A stretch of DNA of 63,788 nucleotides, the filler included, from Sphaeroforma arctica JP610 (Eukaryota): the NCBI RefSeq assembly GCF_001186125.1. It is 9 parts of 3 records of this genome, joined end to end, with 100 filler letters (N's around TTAATTAATTAA, not from the genome) between each part and the next. Parts side by side here need not be neighbours in the genome. Positions count along the whole stretch, not along the records: positions 39,368 to 53,345 come from NW_014040541.1; positions 53,446 to 57,749 come from NW_014040540.1; positions 57,850 to 59,522 come from NW_014040540.1; positions 59,623 to 62,140 come from NW_014040540.1; positions 62,241 to 63,788 come from NW_014040534.1; 4 more parts are not named here. One strand, given 5' to 3'. The notes beneath the pieces are model-generated. The model did no database searches. It was given only the letters and a program-made list of their open reading frames with translations, and was not told the origin of the DNA. Position numbers and translations under genes: made by a program. Shown here one piece after another: positions 52,036 through 63,788 of this stretch. How positions within the stretch are numbered: the stretch's first letter is position 1; each line of letters starts with the position of its first letter.

Positions 52036-53956
52036 ATGATGGGATGGTACATACTCGATAAAAGAATGGTACGTTATATCGCCAACAGCGCATCCTTGCA
52101 CAATATAAGGTGTTATATACTCTAAAGTGGAGCTATTCACTTAACTGCTATTATACTAACGGGAATGTCGATATTCGAACCACAAATTACCCGGAATATA
52201 AGTTTACATGTATGTTTACACTATCGACCATAGTACATGTCGTGCAAACGCGGAGGAAGTGTGCAAGTGGAGAGACACTTTCAGCACGATGACAGTTCGT
52301 CAGACGAGGAGGAGGTTTGCACCGCCGAACAGATTGCCAAGGTACATTACAAAATCATTCCGCCTCTACTAGTATCTGTCATGAGATGGAATAAGGTTGC
52401 GATTTGTCCTATTTACGTTGGACCCTAGTACACTTCGTCGTCACAGTCTGTGAACTACCCTATACTAGTCACGCCGTTATTTTACGAGTTTTTATAGTTT
52501 ATATAACGTTACATTCGGTTTTCAAAATTATGCATGAACCTATGCCAGTAGGAACATCCATTTGCAAGTATAACGTCGCTTTAGTTGTTCGGTTACAACA
52601 TTGAAAGTTTACTTGTCTCCCGTGGACACTGACATAAACAGCCCAATGTTAGAACAAGCGTGTATGGCCATCACCTGCCAACCGTGTATCGAGGGAATAT
52701 TGAATTCTTGTGTGGTATACTTGTGTGTGGTGTAATGAGAACGAGTATGCTTGTTTACTTGTTTGCTCTTTCACCTGGTAGCTGTGAGTGCGCTCCAGGA
52801 TTTCTATTTAGTGAATTTTTCGTACGCAGCATACTTTCTTAAAGCACATATTCTATAGCTAAAGGCTTGTATTGTATATGAGTCGTCGATTGTGCAACCT
52901 CATAGTAGGATAAGCGTATAAAATTGACTATTGCTATTATCGATTATTCAGTAATACTTCAAATGATCATTAACATAGCCAAGGCAGACACTTAACGGAC
53001 CTTCACTTGCACATTGCAGCGCAAGATAGCCGTGACCGCTCGATCTACAAAGGTATCGATGATTCTTCCCGAGTTTATCGAGTCCATTCTAGCACGATGT
53101 TACACTGAATATCATCGTTTCCCAATAAGCTAGGATATTGATGCTTCAATAATCTACGACGCCCGCAGATGGAAATAACACCGTTCATGAGCGTATTGTA
53201 TAGATGTGGAGAAAATATTGTTTTTGTCGCAAATATGCGGGAGTCAGCCTTTTTCTGAACGTATATATCCCTCCTTGATACCTGCCACCCAGTCTACTTT
53301 GATTATGTATTATTATTTTTACTATAATATTTGTACATTATATATNNNNNNNNNNNNNNNNNNNNNNNNNNNNNNNNNNNNNNNNNNNNTTAATTAATTA
53401 ANNNNNNNNNNNNNNNNNNNNNNNNNNNNNNNNNNNNNNNNNNNNAATATATGTATGTATATATATGCGCATATATATATGTATATGTATATATATATAT
53501 TTATATATCGCATCACGCTGAATAGCCCGGACAACATCGCCGAGTCCCTACATTATGGTTATGTTTTTATCACTTCGTCGTTTAATACTTAGTCTTTTCT
53601 TCGGAAGCTTATATACAATCTTACTGTGTCATCACTGAATTCTTATACATATCTCCACTTTGTCAATATTATCCCAACCTTGTTAGGGGTCGATGGGCAG
53701 AGGTACAACGCGCACGGCACTTCTTCACAAGAAAGGAAGTGGCTATCAAATGCATTAACAAACTTATGAACCCCATCACCACGCGTCTGGTCTTGAGAGA
53801 AAAGGAAACCATGAAACGCGTACAAGGGCATCCGTACATTGTGAAATTGTTCGAAATCTTTGAGGACGATAAAAATGTATACCTGGTGCTGGTATGTACC
53901 GTGTTGTGGAATACGCATGTTCGTTAGTTAGTGTGAATTTCGCAATACGTCACTAG

Positions 53957-53991
<35 letters not shown>

Positions 53992-56798
53992 CCTATGGAG
54001 ATGATGCCTTTCGGACTTTATGCAACGATTGTGTGTACCATCGAGTGTCTTGTTTGGAGAAGGGCTTGTCATTGTCATCTCTGGTGCATTCAAGGATTGG
54101 TAACGAGATTCGAGGCTGTTTCTGCTCCAACATCATTTCCATACACTTACTGTCATTTCTATCGAATTTTTCATTGTTTATATTTATATATATATCAGGA
54201 GTACATCGAAGGAATAAACATTAAGGAGTATCTGAAGGAGTACGGTGCCTTCTCGGAGAGTCGCGCAGCTGTTTTCCTGGCACGGGCTGTACTGGGAATT
54301 ATGCACTGCCATAAATCTGGGGTAGTCCACCGTGATATTAGTCTGAACAATATCATGGTCACCAGGTAAGGGGTGGCGAGTGCTGGAGAGCAAGCTTTTT
54401 CTTAGTGTGGATACCTTGTGCAGGTGTTTAATGCCTGTTGCCTTAGTTTTGGTTTTAAACTTGTCGTAATATGTGTAGTGGATGCGTATCCACACACGTG
54501 TCTGTGTAGTTGGATATGAAGAAAAAACCCTAACCCTCGATTTGACTGACACTCTACTACAGCGATGACAATCCAAAAATTGTGGATTTTGGGTTGTCCG
54601 CTATGACCCAGAGAGGACCGCTGGATGGCAATATGTTTGTAGAATCGTGCGGATCAGCCTTCTTCACTCCTCCGGAAGTGTATGCAGCCAAGTACGGCGT
54701 GCGTTATGAAGGCGAAGGTGTCGATGTCTGGGTATGTCACTGCGGCATGTTGTGAAGAATTTATATAGGCTTGCATACTGTATAGCAACTTTCCACGTTC
54801 ACAGCCTGCTGTGTTCCTCGTTGGAATATCCGCGGCGTTCAATAACCCGATTGTAAACTTGGTGTATGTATATTTTAATACCACCAGAATGCTTCTTTCT
54901 TCACCCCAAGTGCGTATCCATGGTATATTGCGCGTGTAGAGCATCGCACCGGGTGCTAACTCTCTGTTGCATTCTAACTCTGTCATCGTGTTCCGTAGGC
55001 TCTGGGCGTAGTCCTGCACGTTTTGGTCAGCAACCGACTACCCTTCAACGGCCGTTTCACACAGTGCCGCGCTGGTGTGGGGTACAAACCCCCCAGAAAC
55101 GCCAGTGAAGACTGCAAGGACCTCCTACTAGCTATGATCAGCTCCACACCCGACAACCGCATCACACTCGCCCAGGTACTACGACACCCCTTCATAGCAC
55201 AGCACATTGACGGAGAGGATATCAACTCACTCGCATGCATGCCCCGGCCCGACCTGCGACCGGCCATGCACAGAGAAGCGATGGATGTACTGGCGAATAT
55301 GTACGCGCAGAGATGCGGCGGTAGCACTGGGGGGATAACGGATACTGGCTTGGCACAGTATTTGGAGGACGTGGAGACGGCACTGGCGCGAAGGGTGTAC
55401 AACCACGTGTCTGTGTCATACCACATGGTCATGAGTGAGATTGAGCGCAGAGAGAGTGGTGCGATACTCAGACACCGTGATAACGAGAGACGAAAGCGGG
55501 ATGCGACGAATGCCGCGATGGTGCCACCCTCTTACACACAGCCCGAAGTCAGTTCGGTACCAACGAGTAGTGGCACTAAGGAGATGAAGAGTGCAACGTC
55601 CATTGTATGTGCACCTCCAGGGTGTGTGGGTGTGAAGGCTTCTGTAGGCAAGACAACAAATCCGAATGCGCAGATAGATATGACGGGGAGAATGAAGGAT
55701 CTAAGGCTGACTAGAAACACACAACAGGACGGCGGTACACCTACAGGCGCAGGCACGTGTACGAAAAAGTCATTTTGTGACAATCAGGAGAATCTGAAGC
55801 ACATCAGCGCCATGGTGCAGTACAATCCGAAACAGAGCAAACCCAGGACGAGGATACCCAGCCAAAGCCCTGGCATGGTCAGGTCGGCATCAGTACACCA
55901 GCAGACGCTGGGGCGGACTACGCACCAGCGCAGCTTAAGCATCACGCCCAGACAGCTGGGCCCACACGCCACAGGACAGAGCCAGTACAGCCAGCCAACG
56001 GGGGATGCGGGCAGCACGAGCACTATGAACACCCACGTGCACATGCCTATAGATTCAACAACACCCCCGTCTCCGTCACTGTATAACTTCATGAGCTTCG
56101 AGAGTGTGGCAGGTCTGGGCTCCAATCTGGCGAGCGACAATCTCGCGCTGTTCACGGCCAGTGAGTTACAGCTGCCCCAATCCGCGGGGGCCTTCCGAAC
56201 CGCTTGTGGTGTGCACAGTTTCTCACCCACACTCGGCAAACCCTCGACCTCCGCTGGCCACGCACGCGTACAAACACACGCACGCGGCACAGGGGGGTTG
56301 GGCATGAGTACCTCGGCGTCCTCATCCTCGTATTCGGTAGTGAGCACAGTCGGGGGTGTGCCTGTGCAGCCCTTCCCAGATATGCAGAGCCATTCTCTCG
56401 ATATTTTGGTTGGTGGCGGTGGTGGAGGTGTAGGTCTGGATCCGAGCTCACCGCACAGTGTCACCAAACTGTCCCGAGGCACCGACCAACGCGTCGCAGG
56501 TGTGGCCCCAAACTCGGAGACCAGTCCACCCCTGGTGGGCAGGGGCAGGTACAGCCTAGCGCACACGGGGGCTGTCCCCTCCTCTGTGCAGCGGCCCAGC
56601 ACAACAGCGCTGAACATAACCACCAGTACACAGTCACCGCTTTCTCGGCCTTCGTTTTTTAAGTTCGGTACGATTGCGAGCACCCCGGAGGATGCTCAGG
56701 GTGCCAATGAGAGGGCGCAAACAAGGCGGACGAGTGAGCAGCTACAGCAACAGTGTGCACTCACAACTGTGCCTGTGGCGGCGACTAAGGAGATGTGA
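52036..56798 (+). CDS. Spliced Ser/Thr kinase, AMPK/MARK-like CAMK, with a long low-complexity tail. Firm exons 53687-53891, 54199-54365, 54563-54731, 54999-56798; tentative 5' exons 52036-52068, 52234-52341, 53020-53052
   Basis: GRWAEV..EVAIKCI, HPYIVKLFEIFE..VYLVL|EY, HRDISLNN, KIVDFGLS, SCGS.FFTPPE, DVW|ALGV..LPF, R.TL.QVLRHPF. GT-AG junctions are in phase. Confidence 0.88.
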
Positions 56799-59411
56799 TT
56801 TAGAAAATAAAAGATAAGTTAGAAAAAGCGATGTGACGCGAGAATATTGCTTTATTTGCGCGGAATAGTTGACAAGATAATCGCTGGCCATGGTAAACTA
56901 TCAGGCAGAAAAACTTGGTTTTAATTGTGAGGGATTAGGCCCATATCTACGGCTTGGGGCCACTGGATCTCATACACCATACAGCATCTAAAACCCTGGA
57001 TGGTATCAATGAAAGTAGCACTTGATGTACAAATCACACCAGGGAGTCGGGAGGTCGCAGTTTGTCTTTCCAACACTATCGTATTAGACCGGGCAAGTAT
57101 ATCCAATACTAAGGTTTCTTTCCCGAATAAAGATCCTATTTTTGGCTAGTAGGCTTATGAATTCATGTGATTGCGAATTCAAGTCTGGCCGACTGCCAAA
57201 CACCTACCACCAGTATGGTTTGACCCCCACTGTCGCCACGCCTTGACACCGTAAAAGCTACCATCCTCGCAATGCCGAAAGGATACCAATAGCACACCTG
57301 CAGAAAAGATGCAGCCTAGTACGGGCGCTTAGCTGTAGAGCGATATGACCTTATAGGGCCACGAAACCAGTCGAGACTGCACTGCAGCTGCTGCAAATCA
57401 GACAAGCACTTCCTGCGTTCAGTCCTCTCAGGTCGAGATCATGGCCCAAATTTCTGATTAAAATAAGCTAAACTAACCGGCTGAATAAGTGAACCACAGT
57501 ACGGTAGCCGTAAACAGAGGTCATCATCGCACCAACTTATAGCAACCGTCGAGAAAGTGGATCGAAACATAAGATATCATGCACTGTCAAGCTTTCCCAT
57601 TCCTTACGTGACAGATTTAGCTCATTTTTCGTCTAAAGTGCAGAGCGAAACTTCCTTCAACGTGCTAAAAAATGTTCGCCATCAGCCGCCACTGATTTGT
57701 TGATAACAAGCATTTCTCTTGTAGGAAGGAACACATTGCGACTGATACANNNNNNNNNNNNNNNNNNNNNNNNNNNNNNNNNNNNNNNNNNNNTTAATTA
57801 ATTAANNNNNNNNNNNNNNNNNNNNNNNNNNNNNNNNNNNNNNNNNNNNATATATGTAAAGTACTCTAAAGTCACTCGCTAGTACGTAACAATATTTCCA
57901 TCACGCGCATATCTTTTAGTCTGCAACTATCAAACTCTAGGTAATATTTAGAGAAAGCCTAGTCAAATTCATCAACTCTTACCCTTGCTTCTGTGGCTTT
58001 GTTTTTCGTCCGGGACGAGAAAGAATTAGACATGGTTCACCCTATTCTGTTTGCCTCTGACCCTGTTTATTCTTCGTGCTACGCACCGTGATAGTTACAG
58101 TGATGAAATAATACTCCTTTTGATTGCTGGTATTGTGTCTGTTCGTATGTCAGTATGTGCATGTAACACTCTGTGCTTGTGTTTGTGCACAGTATAATGT
58201 ACCTGTTCTTAGGTCTCTTGATGTACCTAATATATTCGTGATGAAATGGTGAGTGTGCTCTCCGTTACGCATATACGAGGATCGCCTGTTGCAGGGAACT
58301 CAGACAAGATCCTCTGGATTCTGGAAGCTATGATATCATCAATTCATCATATCTGGTGATGAAGGCGTTAACACAATTATTATTATAATAGGAATTAGGA
58401 CACTGTTCGGATACGAGTACTGACAGTCTCGACAAACGTCAGACAGTACTGAAGAGACTCTGGGACCTCGGGCCCCGGGCGACTCGGGCAGTTCGCTACA
58501 GAGCCCGAGTCTGGACCTTTCGTAGGCTGAGATCCAATTGAAAGCAACCTATTTTTAGAGGAGCTAAATTTAGGATGATATTGGAATCATTGCTAGAATT
58601 TGTATGGTGATATTAGGATCGAAACCCAGTATGTGCTGTGAGATTTGACATTTCATACAGTGTTTTTGGTTTAGAGAGATGTTATTGGTTCAATATATTA
58701 AATACCTTCAATATGACACAAAACAATATAAAATCCAATTTAATTGACTAACAATTGTAAAAGAAAAGTAAATACTAATTGTATTGGCTTCAAATCTATA
58801 GATCTTTTTAGATCTAAAAATAGATTGCGTTTTCGAGTCAGCCATTGGCGCGAATATTATAAAAGCCTAATTTTGGTCAACAAAAGCTGAAAAGGCAACC
58901 ACTTACAACAATCTTTCTTTCTCTTAGGTTCCGATTGTCAATTGTCAATTTGTCACCGACATCACATCAACAGATCAATTTGTGAAACTGCGAGATGTCC
59001 ATAGGAGCTTGGCATGCTGATATCCCCCTCATTCGTGGTGCTTAGAGTTTTGGCCTGTGACGCACTAAACTCAGCGCAGTGAATTCAGAATTCCATGGAG
59101 AGAGACCGAGGAGGGTGTTAAGATTGGAGTATAGTTTTAGTATATAACTGCTGAACGGTCGAGGTCGTGCATATGTCCAACCCAACTATAAATGTGCGAA
59201 AGTATGTCCGATTTGAAGCATATGTTACGCTGAGCGGTGGCGTGTAAAGCAAAACATAGATTGCGCTGCTTTAGTGTTTGGGTTTCTCTATTGTTTATTA
59301 AGATTGTTTTAATAATCGAGTTTAAGTCACGATGGTTGCGCATCCAGAGCGAACACTCAACGCATATTTTCAGCTCACACAAGGATATACTCGACTTTTA
59401 CTTGTACAAAG

Positions 59412-59522
<111 letters not shown>

Positions 59523-60246
59523 NNNNNNNNNNNNNNNNNNNNNNNNNNNNNNNNNNNNNNNNNNNNTTAATTAATTAANNNNNNNNNNNNNNNNNNNNNN
59601 NNNNNNNNNNNNNNNNNNNNNNTATATATTCATATTTGCGTGTGTGTTCGTGCGAGTTTGGTGTATATTTGTATAAGTATGTGTATATGAATGAGCATAT
59701 GCCATATTCCTGTTTGGTTATATCGCTTGGTTATCCTTGCTCTTAAACCAGATTTGCATCGCTATGACCATTGCCATGTTTCTCATTGAAAGTGGAGCGT
59801 GTACCAGGTGTTGAGAACGATTTTTCAGTAGTTTCTTGTACGATTGAATATGCAGTGGTGTTGCAGTTTGTGCGCACTAAGAAATTCTTCAACATTTGAT
59901 CATTTTGTATCCGGGGTATGCGTATTAGAATGTTTCTGACTTTATATATATAATATTTATTTCAAGTGTGTAACAAAGTACTACACTTAGCCGATTGGCC
60001 TCAATACCGATTTTCTCACAAAAGTCGCCACATACTGCTGATACGCCGTTTCTACCAAACACTTCCAGTACCCATTCGCAATAAGGGCCTTATTGGCAAA
60101 CAACCACACACAGCGAATCTATTTTTAGTATCCATGCAATTTAGCTATCAGTTACAAACACCTTTGGCCTGTGTTTACGTTCAGCTCTTTGCGTTCTGAC
60201 GCTTCTCCTGCTTTCTCACAGGCATTTACCCACACACCTCGCCGGC

Positions 60247-61934
60247 ATGTCGTTCATAACGAGTGTTTTACCAGCACCCATTCGTGGGGGTGGACACAAT
60301 GCCGCACAGCGACACACTCAGGGCCCAGCGAATCCACCAGTACAATCCGCCGGTCCACCTCCCTACGGCAAACGCAAGGGATGGATGCCCAAGACCTTGG
60401 CCGACTTCGGAGGCGGTGGAGCGTTTCCTGAACTGCACGTAGCGCAGGTGAGAGGGTTCTGGAGACGGTGGTGGTTGTGAGAGTGTGTGTGGATAGGATA
60501 GAGTTCTAATAGAAGAGTTGGTATCCTTTGAGGTGTATTGTGTACAACTGGAGTGTTTTGTTTAGAGTGCCCGTGAGTAGGGTTGGGGTTGTAACATGAG
60601 AGTTGGTACTGAGCGGGGTGTGTTGTCTACACGAGACAGCGCACTATGGATAGCATTGACGGGACTAGTGCAGCGTAGGCGAGTTGGTCGCTTCTGACTG
60701 CTATATACCGTCGCTTATGTGGTCAGGTTTAAAAGTTATGTGAGCTAGCAACATAGTTAAAAGCTATGTGAGCATGTAGCATAGTTAAAAGATCTTCAAA
60801 TCAGCAGCGGCATCGAGTACTGTATGACCGACAATTGGTGTTCGTTCAGGGGCAGCCTCGCACAGAAGTCAATTCTTCTGTTCCGGTTAACTAGAGCTAC
60901 ATGCATACTCTCGACACTCACTATGACTGCCTGTGATATGAGTCACTCGATAGTACTCTTATTCTTCGCCTTTTTTTTTACCTTAACATATCGTCACCCT
61001 CATATCCTTTTCTCTCTATCAGTTTCCTCTGGGTAACATATGGCCACCCTTATATCCTTTTTTCTCTATCAGTTTACTCTGGATAAAATATGGCCAACCT
61101 TATATCCTTCTCTCTATCAGTTTCCTCCGCGTAGTTATTCTTCGCATTTTTTTACCTTAACATATGGCTACCCTTATATCATTGTCTCTCTATCAGTTTC
61201 CTCTAGGCATGGGTAAAAAGAAGACGGCTGGCAAGGTGATCTCCATGCAGGTGGACGCGGAGGGCAACGTCAAGCACGATGTTCTGGCGCAGCAAGGTCT
61301 GCGCAAGGGAGTGGTAGTGCACTCGAATCTCAAGGGCATGCAAACCAAGGATGTGGTCGAAGGCAACAACAACAGGCCAGACGAGAATGTCATCAACCAG
61401 ACTACAGGTGTGTGAGTGTGTGAGTGTGTTGGGGTGTTGGGGTGTTGGGGTGTTGGGGTGTTGGGGTGTTGGGGTGTTGGCGTGGGCGCTTGGCCTGTTT
61501 GATGATGGTGACACGTACACCATTACTCGTGACTTGGTAGTATCAGTAGTAGAGGTTTCTTCTTCTGTTTTCGTAGCTTAATCATACCTGTGTGCAGCTT
61601 GGGACGGTAATCTGTCTACTGTCTTTTATTTCAGAGGCATTTCGACTGCATTGGCATGACTGGTGGCCGCAATCCTCCACTTGGACGATATACCAGACAA
61701 CCCAAACCTTTTATGTGCGTGTTTGAATTCCACTCCCAGTCACCATCCCGGTTGGAATAGGATAAAGTTTAGTACTGGGCCCAGCTTGACACGCCCGTCA
61801 TTGCACTTAACTTTGTATTCGCTTCCGGTCACAGAGGAGACACAACTGAAGCTAGAGAAGATCATCAACTCAAAGGTGGCGGCGGCCAAACCCGTTCGTG
61901 CGGCAGAACCTCTCGCGCCAGCGCAATATATCAG
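60247..61934 (+). CDS. SNW1: SNW domain-containing protein 1 (SKIP/Prp45), 3'-partial. Exons 60247-60447, 61197-61407, 61835-61934
   Basis: PPPYGKRKGWMPKTLADFGGGGAFPELHVAQ|FPLGMG, QVDAEGNVKHD, RPDE....TT|EET...LEKI..KVAAA.PV.AA....PAQYIR are hallmark SNW1 N-terminal motifs. Confidence 0.95.
60985..61205 (+). repeat. Tandem ~50-bp repeats each containing a copy of the SNW1 exon-2 splice acceptor
   Basis: ctctatcag|ttt recurs with AG ending at 61022, 61072, 61120 and 61196. Confidence 0.85.
61426..61480. repeat. (GTGTTGGG)n intronic minisatellite
   Basis: 8-bp unit repeated ~6 times. Confidence 0.85.
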
Positions 61935-62140
61935 GTGAGACATGGTGTGTTATAAGTGGCTGGGTGTGTATTGTGTAGTGTGATATATCAGGTGAGACAT
62001 GGTGTGTTATATGTGGCTGGGTGTGTATTGTGTAGTGTGATATATCAGGTGAGACGTGGTGTGTTATAAGTGCCTGGGTGTGTATTGTGTAGTGTGATAT
62101 ATCAGGTGAGACATGGTGTGTTATAAGTGGCTGGGTGTGT
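61927..62140 (+). repeat. 57-bp tandem repeat containing the SNW1 exon-3 donor
   Basis: tatatcag|gtgagac.. starts at 61927, 61984, 62041 and 62098. Confidence 0.9.
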
Positions 62141-62263
62141 NNNNNNNNNNNNNNNNNNNNNNNNNNNNNNNNNNNNNNNNNNNNTTAATTAATTAANNNN
62201 NNNNNNNNNNNNNNNNNNNNNNNNNNNNNNNNNNNNNNNNTATACACATATATATACATACAT

Positions 62264-62296
<33 letters not shown>

Positions 62297-63658
62297 TCGT
62301 TCATACATACATACACACATACACACACACATGTATATATATGTATTTATATATATATATATATATGCATAGATTATTTTTTTATAAATACCATTTTATG
62401 ACGAAGAGACGAATTAGCATGCAACTTTATTCACGTTTATATCGCTAATAGTTGATATGCGGCGAAGAAGAGATGTTCGTGGTTGTAGCTTAGGGCAGAT
62501 CCTGTAGCATGGTTACCCCATTTGAAATAAAGTGTCAGTGACCTCGTATGCTACGCTCAAAATAAAAATATATAGACAACAGCTTGCAAATGGGTTCACC
62601 GTACCAAAAAAATACTGATAGCTCTATATAGAGGTTAGTTGCCTCCTAAAACTTATTGCGGATCGTGATACGCGATCAAACTCTCTGACCACTTGTACTG
62701 TTTGAAAAGCTCAAAGTCCCTGTGACATAGAAACCGGTATAGAAAATAGACTGTGTTCAGTTTAATAAGTAAATTTCAACGCATACTAACGTGATCCGAA
62801 TTTGAGTAACCCGACGACAATACTATGATCACTTTTTAATAGGCCGTTTTTCGTATGACATCGCAGATGCTATTCGTATGCATCACAAAAGCTGATAAAA
62901 ACGTGAACTTGTGCTTGGCTTGTGGCCTTCAGATGTGACCGATTTATTGAAAACACGCTGCTGTGGCCTGTGAGCCGTGAGAACATGGGGGGTACAGACA
63001 TAATTTAGTTGCAAAAGAAAAAAGAAAAAAAGACTGTAGGTCTCGCCGGGGCACTGGGGCAGGAGGCTATGCCACATACATACTGCACTAAAAATAGATC
63101 AGAATATTGAAATTTGTAGGTATTGAATATTAGTTGTATTGGGTCAATCAGCAGACAGTGCTTCACGCGGATCCATTTGTCTTTTTGATTTGAGAGATCC
63201 AAAAAAAATCTCGTGGCTCACATATTTCTCATAATATGTCCAGCCGTAGAATTTGCGAACCAGGTACTCACATACTCAGCGAAAAACAAACACACAGAGG
63301 TACGTAGCTGCGCAAGTACTTACACGTTTCTTAGTACGGAACGTGTGCGTGATTTATGAAAAATGTGCAGTTTCATAAGAAAGAGTTGGCGTGGCACAGA
63401 TTAAATTTTGTCTTCACACGCATATGCCACTTAAGATATGAATTTTTGGCGTCATTAGCGCCTCAAGTTTGGACAATCGAGTGTTTCGATGTGGTTTCAG
63501 GATTCTCCAAAGCGTCGTTGGCATTCTTTATGAAATATCCATACTCGTCGATTGTGTAATGAATATTTAATAATTTGAATTCGTTCTTTTATTTAGCTAT
63601 CGATAATGTTACGTCTCCGTTTTGTGTTACAATATATGTGCTTCGGCTCCTCGTTCAA

Positions 63659-63784
<126 letters not shown>

Positions 63785-63788
63785 TATA

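Noticed and set aside
61927..62140. CRISPR-like array
   Set aside because: Plain tandem repeats without unique spacers, eukaryotic intron, no cas genes

Overview
Eukaryotic, intron-containing genomic scaffold from a draft assembly. Most N gaps carry an artificial TTAATTAATTAA linker. Gene content looks like an intron-rich unicellular opisthokont; an ichthyosporean is my guess, not shown. Host genes: tyrosyl-DNA phosphodiesterase 1 (TDP1, 8 traceable exons), an intronless Chk1/CAMK-like kinase, an intronless METTL13-C/spermidine-synthase-like methyltransferase, a spliced AMPK/MARK-like kinase and the 5' part of SNW1/SKIP (Prp45). The region ~12.6-39.3 kb is a nest of degenerate LTR retrotransposons: several Ty3/Gypsy families, a chromovirus 3' end, and a Copia with two related solo LTRs. 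Main finding: two different Ty3/Gypsy LTR retrotransposons each carry a DIRS-type Dam-like DNA N6-adenine methyltransferase domain. One lies between RNase H and a probable integrase zinc-finger start; the other lies near the 3' LTR of an element with intact LTRs and TSD. The second element also shows a UGA-CUAG gag-pol readthrough context and a tRNA-independent, self-priming-like PBS. Other oddities include tandemly multiplied splice donor and acceptor sites in the splicing-factor gene SNW1. All calls are from reading motifs by eye; no database search was run.
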